Shown here piece after piece: positions 35,939 through 43,929 of a stretch of 64,000 nt of DNA. Each line of letters opens with the position of its first letter. Positions within the stretch are counted from its first letter, which is position 1. The DNA comes from a virus. A program made the position numbers and the translations under genes. The stretch spans positions 64,001 to 128,000 of IMG/VR virus record IMGVR_UViG_3300005573_000057; one strand, 5' to 3'. The notes beneath the pieces were generated by a model. It did not search any database and had not been told where the DNA came from. It was given only the letters and a program-made list of their open reading frames with translations.

Positions 35939-38191
35939 TTACAGGGTACAAACACCAGACTCACAACCGACACTTTCGGGTGTCGAGTCACGTTCATCGT
36001 CAGATGTTAAACTATTAGTGTAATACTTACTCTTTAGCCCGTATTTGATCATGGTTAGATAAAGATCGAGCATTTCCTTGGTTTTGATACTAATGTTGGC
36101 TGTTCTGTCTCGGAACAGATCTGCACTGATGGACTGATCAGTAAATTTTTGAATGATTGCGTAAAATTTGACAAGATCAATTTCTGAAATATCCCAAGCT
36201 CTTTGATAGGACTGATTCATCAAGTCACCATCTTTAGCACACCACTCAACCGCGTTGGTGCCGTCTGTTTTCTTCAAAGCCAAACCACGGATAGGATACA
36301 GCCCGTTAGGAACTCCAGAAGCCTTGGAAGAAGATTCGCTTGGCATATGAGCGATCAAACTTGAAAAACGAATACCGCCATTATCAATAATCTTTTTTCT
36401 CAAATTCTCCCAATCGTACTGATAGGAAGGTTCAACAAGTTCGTCTACACTTTTGTTATAGGTATCAATAGGCAACCATCCTTGAGGCCATTTTGTTTTG
36501 TGTATCCAAGGAGCATTTCCTTTTTCCATACCCAATTTCAGGGCTTGGTTGATAGCATGCCACGCATGGCGTTCAGCAACTTTGTGCGCAAAAGCAAACC
36601 CTTCGGGCGTATCGAATTTTTGATTGTTTTCTGCCATGAGGGTAGCTAGGCCAATGATTCCAACCGCTGCATTGCGACGCATCTTTGTCGTGTATTCTAC
36701 GTGTGGCAGTTCATAATCGCTAATTTCAATACATTGATCAATCATTTCTAAGCAATGATACATGGCCGAAGCATAGGTTTCTTCGTCATGAATATTGCAA
36801 ACGACAATGCCGCCGATGGTACACTGAGAGACTTCACCACGTTGATGATCTTCCTTCTTAAACAGATCTTCCATCGACTCGTATGGGGCAGTTGGCTGAA
36901 CAATCTCTGCACAAAGATTCGAGCTATAGATAGGATCTATATAAGAAGTGTGGCGATTGACTTCATCAATTGATAGATGATATACAGTGGATACATCGTA
37001 AAATTGCCCGATAAATTTAAGGGCCAATTTACGCGCATTGAAGTATTTCTTTTTGAAATTAGGATCGTTTTCGTATTTTTCGTAAATAGCTTTGAAAGTG
37101 TCAATGTCTCCACTATAAAAGGCTTTGTGTAAATCGGGAGCAGATTTAACATTAAAATGAAAACATTCTTTGTTTTCAATGACTTTCTGAGCAAAAAATT
37201 TATTAGTCAGAATACCAAAATGCAAGAGTCGGTTTTGAACATCAACCGTAGTCTTTGGGTTTTGTAGCATTGTAATGGTTTCTGCCTCGGGATCAAAGCA
37301 ACTGTAATAAACCGTACATGCGCCACCCCTAGACCCTTGTATGTTCGCACGGACAGCGCCAGCAAGTGATCGGTAATATGGCAGCTTTCCTTGGTGCGAA
37401 ATAGCTCCATTGCGCACACTATCACCTACCGAACGGCACATAACGTTGCTTCCGATTCCGGCAGACATATAAGTCTGTGTATAAGCAATGAAATCCCCAA
37501 TCGCCAACGACCTAGCCGAGTCCCCAGCCGCATACAAACAGCAAGAGGCCAACCCATGATGAGGGGTGCCTAGATTGACATAATTTGGGGTAGGTGCGTT
37601 GATTCGGTTAAAAGACAGATGATCATAAAACTCTTTAACATATCGAAGTTTAACATCGGGACTCTTGTTAGCGTGAATCGCCATAGCCATTCGCATATAG
37701 ATAACCTGCGGGGTCTCATAAGCTTGACCTGTTTTTCGGTTTTGCAGTGAATACTTATGTGACATATAGCGAATTTGAAAAAACGCTAGATTAAAGTCCC
37801 TATTATGATCAATGATTTTTTCAATGGCTTCATATTCTTCTTCGGAGTAGCCTAGATCAACCATCAGTCCCAGGTCGATAAGGTTTTTATGGATCTCCTT
37901 TAAAGGAGGAATCTGGTCTCCGTAAATATCTTTTCGCAGTACCGCGCTGTACAAACGCCCCGCCATAATTTGATAAGGCCAAGAATCTCGGCCCAAACAA
38001 ACATCAATGAGTTTTTTCTGTAAATCTTGGGAAGAAATTTCTTCTGGACACTCTTTAATGGCGTCTAAAACAACACCACTCCAATCGACACGATCACTAA
38101 TATGTTCAGAAGCCCACATACTCCACTTGTTAAGTTTACTAGGATCGAAATTTTCAATAAACTGATTTCTTTTAATAATTTTTTTTAGCAT
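35939..38191 (-). CDS. nrdA: Ribonucleotide reductase class I alpha subunit
   Basis: N-terminal ATP cone, PTP, ASCC, SNLCAEI, MPSESSS, DQSISAD, YY and C-terminal CESGVC. Confidence 0.95.
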   Translation of the reverse strand: MLKKIIKRNQFIENFDPSKLNKWSMWASEHISDRVDWSGVVLDAIKECPEEISSQDLQKKLIDVCLGRDSWPYQIMAGRLYSAVLRKDIYGDQIPPLKEIHKNLIDLGLMVDLGYSEEEYEAIEKIIDHNRDFNLAFFQIRYMSHKYSLQNRKTGQAYETPQVIYMRMAMAIHANKSPDVKLRYVKEFYDHLSFNRINAPTPNYVNLGTPHHGLASCCLYAAGDSARSLAIGDFIAYTQTYMSAGIGSNVMCRSVGDSVRNGAISHQGKLPYYRSLAGAVRANIQGSRGGACTVYYSCFDPEAETITMLQNPKTTVDVQNRLLHFGILTNKFFAQKVIENKECFHFNVKSAPDLHKAFYSGDIDTFKAIYEKYENDPNFKKKYFNARKLALKFIGQFYDVSTVYHLSIDEVNRHTSYIDPIYSSNLCAEIVQPTAPYESMEDLFKKEDHQRGEVSQCTIGGIVVCNIHDEETYASAMYHCLEMIDQCIEISDYELPHVEYTTKMRRNAAVGIIGLATLMAENNQKFDTPEGFAFAHKVAERHAWHAINQALKLGMEKGNAPWIHKTKWPQGWLPIDTYNKSVDELVEPSYQYDWENLRKKIIDNGGIRFSSLIAHMPSESSSKASGVPNGLYPIRGLALKKTDGTNAVEWCAKDGDLMNQSYQRAWDISEIDLVKFYAIIQKFTDQSISADLFRDRTANISIKTKEMLDLYLTMIKYGLKSKYYTNSLTSDDERDSTPESVGCESGVCTL

Positions 38192-38375
38192 TTTTTTACC
38201 AGCAATGAAAGAAAGTAATGGTTAGAAAAAGAAAAACCCCTCGAACAAGGGGTGGTCTATGATGTACAGAAAGATCAGAAAATCTTACAAGTTTGGTGAC
38301 TACTTGCGGCATTGATTATCAAATTGGTCTACAAGGTCATGAAAAGTGAACGCGAAATCCAAAAATTCCTTTTTT

Positions 38376-39672
38376 TTGACATCCTCCCCGGCCCGAAGGC
38401 CGAAGATTCCTACTGCGCTACACGATAATTTGTGTAGTCACTTCGGCGGGTTCCTGCTTCACAGAACGGCCTTGCTGCACCGATTCTCCACAGGCTAACA
38501 AGCGAAATCCTCGCTCTAAAATATTGATTGCACCGACTAGATCGGCGTTTTCCTCATACCCACAGTCCACACATGCAAACTTGGCTTGTGTCTGGCGATT
38601 CTCTGCCGACACACAACCGCAGTCCGGGCAAGTCTGACTGGTGTAATGAGCCGGAACTGCAAGCAGAATGCCACCGTTCCAAGCCATTTTGTATTCCAGT
38701 TGTCTCCTGAATTCGCTCCATCCTTGATCGAGGATCAAATGGTTCAGACCGGATTTTTGTCTGACTTTCTTGCCGTGTTGTTCACTATTGCCCTTTGAAG
38801 ACTTGGACATATTCCGTACCTGCAAATCTTCAATAACAATCATAGCGTGGTTTTTGCTGATCATTGTTGAGGCTTTATGCAGGAAGTCTTTCCGGGCATT
38901 GGCGATACTGCTGTAAATCTTCTGGACTTTGGCCTTCGCCTTTTTCCAGTTACTACTGAACTTAACTTTGTGACCCATTCGCCGCTGGTATTTTTTCAGG
39001 CGCTTCTCATGTTTCTTGAAACTGTTAAGCGGTTTAATATAGCTACCATCGCTCAATGTAGCGAAGCGAGTAATGCCCATGTCGATACCAACGGCAGTTG
39101 TGGCCGTTGGAACAGGCTGTTCGACTTCACGTTGCGTCTGAATCGAGGCAAACCACTTTCCTGCCACCTGACTTACCGTGACATTTCGCAGTTCGCCTAG
39201 AACATCACGACTGTTGCGGTAGCGCAACCAACCAAGTTTAGGCAGGAAAATACGGTCATTGGTCTGATCAAGCTTAATCTTTTTAGGGTCAGGATAACGA
39301 AAACTGACGTGTTGATCTTTTTTCTTGAACTTTGGAAAATTTGCACGTTTAGCAAAGAAGTTCTTGTAAGCGCGTTCTAAGTCTTTAAGCGTCTGTTGCA
39401 ACGGATGCACAGGAGCATCCCCGAGCCACGGCGTTTCCGTTCCATTGCGCCAACCAGTCAAGTGCTTCGTCATAGAAAAGTAGCCGATGAACTTGTTCCC
39501 AGCTTCGTGATTTTCTTTCTGCAACGCCAAAGCCTTGTTATAAACAAACCGGCACGACCCAGCGAAGCTACGCATTTTGCGTTGCTGTTCGCCATTCGGC
39601 ATCAGTTCGTATTTGTAAGCTTGTAGACGTTTCATAACTTTATTATACTAGGTCTATGGTTCAAAAGCAACA
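38376..39672 (-). mobile_element. IS605-family tnpB element 3, left-end hairpin missing
   Basis: Right end as in element 1; homology to the element 1 left end stops after the TTGCTT-17-TATAAT promoter. Confidence 0.82.
38418..39635 (-). CDS. tnpB: TnpB RNA-guided endonuclease (paralogue of 22926-24143)
   Basis: Intact RuvC D/E/D and zinc finger; long identical stretches with TnpB 1. Confidence 0.95.
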   Translation of the reverse strand: MKRLQAYKYELMPNGEQQRKMRSFAGSCRFVYNKALALQKENHEAGNKFIGYFSMTKHLTGWRNGTETPWLGDAPVHPLQQTLKDLERAYKNFFAKRANFPKFKKKDQHVSFRYPDPKKIKLDQTNDRIFLPKLGWLRYRNSRDVLGELRNVTVSQVAGKWFASIQTQREVEQPVPTATTAVGIDMGITRFATLSDGSYIKPLNSFKKHEKRLKKYQRRMGHKVKFSSNWKKAKAKVQKIYSSIANARKDFLHKASTMISKNHAMIVIEDLQVRNMSKSSKGNSEQHGKKVRQKSGLNHLILDQGWSEFRRQLEYKMAWNGGILLAVPAHYTSQTCPDCGCVSAENRQTQAKFACVDCGYEENADLVGAINILERGFRLLACGESVQQGRSVKQEPAEVTTQIIV

Positions 39673-39693
39673 TCTAAACTATGACGGCGAAAA

Positions 39694-39786
39694 TGGCGGG
39701 AACCGTGAGACTCGAACTCACACGCCCCTTTCGGGGCCTTCGGTTTTCAAGGCCGCTGCCGCTAGTCCAACTCGGCTTAGGTTCCC
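39694..39786 (-). tRNA. tRNA-Ser(UGA)
   Basis: Long variable arm, loop CT-TGA-AA and GCCA end. Confidence 0.88.
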
Positions 39787-39795
39787 AATTCTAAA

Positions 39796-39885
39796 TGGTC
39801 TGTGTGGTAGGATTTGAACTTTTATTCAAAAGTTAAAGCAAACTTACATTTTACACCTAAAAGAAGTGGTTTTAGGTGTAATCGG
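39796..39885 (-). pseudogene. 3' fragment of a tRNA-Pro copy fused to a decayed IS605 left end
   Basis: 39796-39819 repeats the T-arm and acceptor of 40008-40031; 39820-39885 aligns with 33037-33103. Confidence 0.7.
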
Positions 39886-39894
39886 TTAGATAAT

Positions 39895-39981
39895 TGGTGG
39901 GTTGCCAGGGAGTCGAACCCCGTTACTCCGTAGAGCGTCTGATTTACAGTCAGGTGCATTCGCCAGTGATGCTCGCAACCC
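39895..39981 (-). tRNA. tRNA-Tyr(GUA)
   Basis: Loop CT-GTA-AA, long variable arm and CCA. Confidence 0.88.
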
Positions 39982-40007
39982 AAAAATCGTGAAAATTAGT
40001 TTTCTAA

Positions 40008-40085
40008 TGGTCTGTGTGGTAGGATTCGAACCTACGACAACTCGGCTCCAAACCGAGGACTCTGGCCAGACTGAGCTACACACAG
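40008..40085 (-). tRNA. tRNA-Pro(UGG)
   Basis: C1-G72, loop TT-TGG-AG and CCA. Confidence 0.9.
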
Positions 40086-40108
40086 GTACAAATGACATTG
40101 AAACAACT

Positions 40109-40182
40109 TGGAGCGACAACTGAGAATCGAACTCAGGTTAGTAGATTGGAAATCTACAGTTCTACCATTGAACTACTGTCGC
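40109..40182 (-). tRNA. tRNA-Gly(UCC)
   Basis: GCG acceptor start, loop TT-TCC-AA, U73 and CCA. Confidence 0.9.
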
Positions 40183-40188
40183 AAATCT

Positions 40189-40264
40189 TGTTGGAACTAG
40201 TCGGATTCGAACCGACGACCTTCTGCTTACAAAACAGATGCTCTACCTTCTGAGCTATAGCTCC
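40189..40264 (-). tRNA. Atypical tRNA: Ala-type body, UGU anticodon, ACA end (probable pseudo-tRNA)
   Basis: GGAGCTA/TAGTTCC acceptor, loop TT-TGT-AA; 3' end reads A-ACA. Confidence 0.6.
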
Positions 40265-40300
40265 AATTCGTTTAATTATTAACAACACTCAAAATTCAAA

Positions 40301-40376
40301 CGGTTGCGGGAGTGGGATTCGAACCCACGGCCTCCGGGGTATGAACCCGGCGCTCTACCAACTGAGCTATCCCGCG
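40301..40376 (-). tRNA. Initiator tRNA-fMet(CAU)
   Basis: C1:A72 mismatch, three G-C pairs in the anticodon stem, CAT anticodon; ends CCG. Confidence 0.85.
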
Positions 40377-40400
40377 AAAAAATGTTTGTACTACTCTTTA

Positions 40401-40429
40401 ATTATATCCCACAAACTAACCAATGTCAA
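40401..40429 (-). promoter_or_regulatory. Perfect sigma70 promoter TTGACA-17-TATAAT for the tRNA cluster
   Basis: Exact consensus 25 nt upstream of tRNA-fMet. Confidence 0.88.
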
Positions 40430-40656
40430 TCTTTATTTAGCTCGGCTTTCAAAGCAATCACACTAGGAAAATCATCGGCCATATTATCAGAAAGATTTGC
40501 CAGATCCCAACCACGAAGGTAAGCATCCAACAACTTATCCACACCACGTTCAGCCACTACGCACCTACGAAGGAAATCATGATTCAGTGCAGGAGCACGC
40601 CCTTTGCCAGCTTTGAAAGCATCAACACCGGCCTTGAATGCATCGTTTACGTTCAT
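40426..40656 (-). CDS. Hypothetical early protein (MNVNDAFKAG...)
   Basis: RBS GGAG; starts at the ATGAA next to the mini-element. Confidence 0.7.
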   Translation of the reverse strand: MNVNDAFKAGVDAFKAGKGRAPALNHDFLRRCVVAERGVDKLLDAYLRGWDLANLSDNMADDFPSVIALKAELNKD

Positions 40657-40997
40657 AGCAATCTCCATTTTTGCCACAGTTAAAAGGTGGGAGCTTTTCA
40701 CTCCGCCGGGCCGTGAGGCTCTGCCCGTAAGGGCCTAGTGACGGAACCTTTCGGTTCGCTCCCCTCGCCAATGTTGTAACGCAGCTTCGTCCTTTAAGGG
40801 ACTTGCGACAAGCTGTTTCGTGCGTACCCTATGCTTGTCTACTCCTGCCGCTTGCAGAGCAATGGACTGAGGAAGCATCCATTGGTGCGTCTTGTACTTC
40901 GTTACAACGTAGTCACGATGTTTTGTGACTGAGGCTGGTCAACCGAGCTATCGACCTTGCGGTTTCTAGCTCCGGCCCGAAAGCCGGGGTAGTTGAC
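40657..40997 (-). mobile_element. IscB mini-element with divergent omegaRNA core and deleted right-end hairpin
   Basis: 40936-40997 matches the iscB left end; 40662-40745 matches 428-510; the middle is a different omegaRNA variant. Confidence 0.85.
40725..40997 (-). ncRNA. Stand-alone omegaRNA, second subtype
   Basis: GTCAAC/GTTGAC helix, CTACGTT, GGATGCTTCCTCAGTCC and ACATTGGCGAGGGGAGC. Confidence 0.8.
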
Positions 40998-41033
40998 ATC
41001 AATCTCCATTAGTTTCGATCAACCTACAACTGA

Positions 41034-41061
41034 ATTATACAGCATCTACGGAAAAAGTCAA
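41034..41061 (-). promoter_or_regulatory. Sigma70 early promoter TTGACT-16-TATAAT pointing into the omegaRNA
   Basis: The -35 overlaps the LbH copy 3 stop codon; the -10 ends 36 nt upstream of the scaffold. Confidence 0.72.
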
Positions 41062-41897
41062 GAAGGAATTTTCTTGTTTTCGAAGACCCAAGCATTCCCA
41101 GAGACCCGAGTATTCTTAGATACCACACCATCATCATAAACCCGAGAATTCCCATAGACCCGAGCATTCCCACAGATCAGAGCATTCCCACAGATCAGAG
41201 GATTCCCGTAGACCCGAGCATTCCCATAGACCTGAGCATCATCGAAGACCCAAGCATTCTCAGAGACCTTAGCATCATCATAGATCCAAACATACCCGTA
41301 GACCCGAGCATTTCCGTAGACCCGAGCATTCCAAGAGACCCAAGCATTCCCGTAAATCCGGGCATTCTTGTAGACCCGAGCGTCCTTGTAAACCTGAGAA
41401 TTGCCGTAGACATTAGCATCCCCATAGACCTGAGCGTTCCCAAAGACTAAAGCATACCCATAGACCCGAGCATGATCGAAGACCGAAGCGTTCCCGAAGA
41501 CCCGAGCATGATCGAAGACCCAAGCGTTCCCATAGACCCGAGCATGTTCGAAGGCGAAAGCACCCCCGTAAACCCGAGCATTATCGTAAACAAAAGCGTT
41601 TTCAGATACTAGAGCGTCCCTGTAGACCTCTGCATTCCCGAAGACCCGAGCATTTCCACATACCTCGGCATTTTCGGATATTTGGGCATCCTCATAGACT
41701 AGAGCATTATCAAAAACACAAGCATTCCCCGAAACCCAGCAGTTTCCCTCGTGACTCAAATTCTTTTTAGATTCGAGATAACCGCCTTTGTCGCCAGAAC
41801 GAACATCACCAAAATCGCGCAAAGCGCGGATACGGTAAAGCACACGACCACCGACTTCAATGCTTTCGTCTTTCAACAATTCGTACTTTTTCATCAC
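41058..41897 (-). CDS. Hexapeptide-repeat (LbH) protein, copy 3
   Basis: Same head domain plus about 38 GNARVY-type repeats (18-nt DNA period). Confidence 0.87.
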   Translation of the reverse strand: MMKKYELLKDESIEVGGRVLYRIRALRDFGDVRSGDKGGYLESKKNLSHEGNCWVSGNACVFDNALVYEDAQISENAEVCGNARVFGNAEVYRDALVSENAFVYDNARVYGGAFAFEHARVYGNAWVFDHARVFGNASVFDHARVYGYALVFGNAQVYGDANVYGNSQVYKDARVYKNARIYGNAWVSWNARVYGNARVYGYVWIYDDAKVSENAWVFDDAQVYGNARVYGNPLICGNALICGNARVYGNSRVYDDGVVSKNTRVSGNAWVFENKKIPS

Positions 41898-41929
41898 AAA
41901 TTCCTAAAAAATCAAGCTAGTGAATTAGT

Positions 41930-42200
41930 GTAGGGAATTCTGTTCCCAAGTTTCCCTACAGACTCGTAGCCTATTGCTTAAGCAGCAATCGCTTGGGCGT
42001 AAACCTCGTCGTTAGCGTTTACAGTTTTGCTCTGATTACGTCAGTCGCCTCTCGTGTTGCAACCTCAATTTCTTTAGCATGTCGAATCCAGATCGCCCCC
42101 ATCAAAAACACTCCTTAAAATGCTTATGGTGGAGGCGGCGGGAATTGAACCCGCGTCCACGCCGCTTCCATCTTAGTTGAATAACAACAATTCTGTGAAT
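41930..42200 (-). ncRNA. ssrA: Circularly permuted (two-piece) tmRNA; tag ANDEVYAQAIAA
   Basis: On the minus strand the T-arm/acceptor (GACGCGGGTTCAATTCCCGCCGCCTCCACCA, ending 42127) precedes a 26-nt spacer and the GGGGGCGA..TGGATTCGAC segment (starting 42100), then the tag ORF at 42016-41978. Confidence 0.9.
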
Positions 42201-42237
42201 TTTGTTGGTTTAGTATGTAGAGAAACCGAGTTTTTGG

Positions 42238-42414
42238 TTACTCTCCAATCACCTTTTCACTTAACTGAACAGACTTAGCCTTTTTCTCACCAAGTTCGGC
42301 AAGAACAAGAAATCGTTTGAAATCAGCACGTTCTGCGTTTGTTTTACACTTGTACGTCGCAAGACGCACCTTGCTACCTTTGCTCAAACGAAAATGACTA
42401 TCAAGACCTGTCAT
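42238..42414 (-). CDS. Small basic hypothetical protein
   Basis: RBS GGAG; starts MTGLDSHF. Confidence 0.6.
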   Translation of the reverse strand: MTGLDSHFRLSKGSKVRLATYKCKTNAERADFKRFLVLAELGEKKAKSVQLSEKVIGE

Positions 42415-42480
42415 GATTTTTACTCCAAAGATGAATTTTTCTATCGAAAAGACTAAACTATACCACAAAAATTCGATTTG

Positions 42481-43650
42481 TCAAGACCCCATCAACAATT
42501 TTTTTGGAACTGAGTCGTCGAACTCATTTTCATTACGAGTGTACCACTTTCCACCAGAAACCGCAAAATCCGTGATCGGAATGTAGTCAAAATTGGTTGA
42601 TCGTGTCTTTGTGTCAACATTGACAATGACGAATCCATTGTGCCACTTTTCGCCCTCTGTGTAACTTGCAGATCGTTTGTGCCCTGCACCAATTTGTTGC
42701 CATTCATAAGCACCATAGACCGGACTAAACATCGACCATACATGGTGCGAATGATGATGCCCATTCACTCCTGGCAATCCCATATTACGCCCATAGGGGT
42801 AGTGGTGACAAAGAACTGATTCGTAGTAGACCTTATAGTTGTTCCCGAGTTCTTTCTGAATATCTCGCTGATTCCATGATGCCATATCTGCCTTGGCAAT
42901 GTAGTTAATCTCGTATTTTTCAAGACCAAGCAACTTTCCGATTGTCATGCCATGCAAATCAGACAGCACAGCTTTCAAGGCCGGTGTTGCATCTGCCATG
43001 TGCTTCAAAAGCCGAAGTTCGTGATTTCCCTCAATCAAATCAATCTGGCTATCTGGACACACTTCACGAATAGGATTCAAAATGTTATCATGAACGAATT
43101 TTATCCGGTTCACTACATCCCAATCACGCGGATCAACTGTATATCGTCCAAATTCGGGCAAATCAAACACATCGCCATTCAGCACGATCACATCTGGTTG
43201 CACACGTTTAGCAGTATCAATCAAGACACGCAAATAAAATTTGTCAACTTCAATATCGTGTAGATCCGAAGCCACCAGAATGCTCTTGTAGCGGTTCGAA
43301 TTTGGTCTGATGTACTTGTCGCCCCATTCCGACCTTTCCCGCTGGAACGACCTGTAGTGGTCTACACTGGCATGTTTGGCAATTTCTCGTTCAAGCTTGT
43401 GTTGTTGTCTGGTTAAGATGATCCCGGATTGTCGCTTAAATTCGTGAAACGTTCCGAAATGAACTGACCAAGCTGATTCGGCGTATTTTCCGTGAATCCG
43501 ATAGTAGTTCCTACTAATCACGCGGTCTGGTTCAGACACAGCCATGATCCGCAAATCTTTGATGCATTCTTCCTTGGTTGCATCCTTGATCTTTGGAATG
43601 ATCGTTTCTGATAGGGGTTGATCTGTTTCGTCAGTATCTTTTGTCATCAT
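42481..43650 (-). CDS. Metallophosphoesterase with N-terminal helical (homing-endonuclease-associated-repeat-like) domain
   Basis: SDLH, GDVFD, GNHE and GHHH. Confidence 0.85.
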   Translation of the reverse strand: MMTKDTDETDQPLSETIIPKIKDATKEECIKDLRIMAVSEPDRVISRNYYRIHGKYAESAWSVHFGTFHEFKRQSGIILTRQQHKLEREIAKHASVDHYRSFQRERSEWGDKYIRPNSNRYKSILVASDLHDIEVDKFYLRVLIDTAKRVQPDVIVLNGDVFDLPEFGRYTVDPRDWDVVNRIKFVHDNILNPIREVCPDSQIDLIEGNHELRLLKHMADATPALKAVLSDLHGMTIGKLLGLEKYEINYIAKADMASWNQRDIQKELGNNYKVYYESVLCHHYPYGRNMGLPGVNGHHHSHHVWSMFSPVYGAYEWQQIGAGHKRSASYTEGEKWHNGFVIVNVDTKTRSTNFDYIPITDFAVSGGKWYTRNENEFDDSVPKKLLMGS

Positions 43651-43687
43651 TTGATTTCAGGTTCGGTGAATGAATAGCACGCTGTAG

Positions 43688-43918
43688 TTACGCAACTTGA
43701 TCTACGGTTGGCGTGTCGAGAACAAGATCGCAACTACGGGGAGACCCAACGCCAATGAACTTGCCGTTAAGATCCCATCCGACAGGATACCACTCGTTTT
43801 CGGAAGCTTTGTACGCCCCGATCATCTTGGTATCGGTTGTCATGAACACCAAAGCATCCGAACCCCCTAGTGTCTTGAATGACGAACATTTACAATTGTT
43901 TTCTACATTTTCGGTCAT
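43688..43918 (-). CDS. Hypothetical protein
   Basis: RBS AAGGA; 76 aa. Confidence 0.65.
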   Translation of the reverse strand: MTENVENNCKCSSFKTLGGSDALVFMTTDTKMIGAYKASENEWYPVGWDLNGKFIGVGSPRSCDLVLDTPTVDQVA

Positions 43919-43929
43919 GTAAATTTCCT

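Noticed and set aside
14593-38191. Introns or inteins in gp43, gp41, uvsX, nrdA, nrdB
   Set aside because: All are contiguous, of ordinary length, and lack intein or intron signatures.
19437-39635. Catalytically dead TnpB/IscB (TldR-like regulators) or IStron-type splicing elements
   Set aside because: All RuvC and HNH catalytic residues are present, and the left-end regions are too short to hold a group I intron core.
12471-40701. N-terminal extensions of ORFs 12471-13106, 18827-19681 and 40426-40701
   Set aside because: The extensions are read from IscB element ends; paralogue alignment and junction reconstruction place the starts at 13001, 19471 and 40656.
337-41030. Guides targeting other loci inside this window
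   Set aside because: By eye I found no TAM-adjacent match for the omegaRNA or reRNA guides other than their own insertion junctions; an exhaustive search was not possible.
12471-41897. Diversity-generating retroelement acting on the LbH paralogues
   Set aside because: No reverse transcriptase in the window, and differences between copies are not adenine-specific or confined to a template/variable repeat pair.
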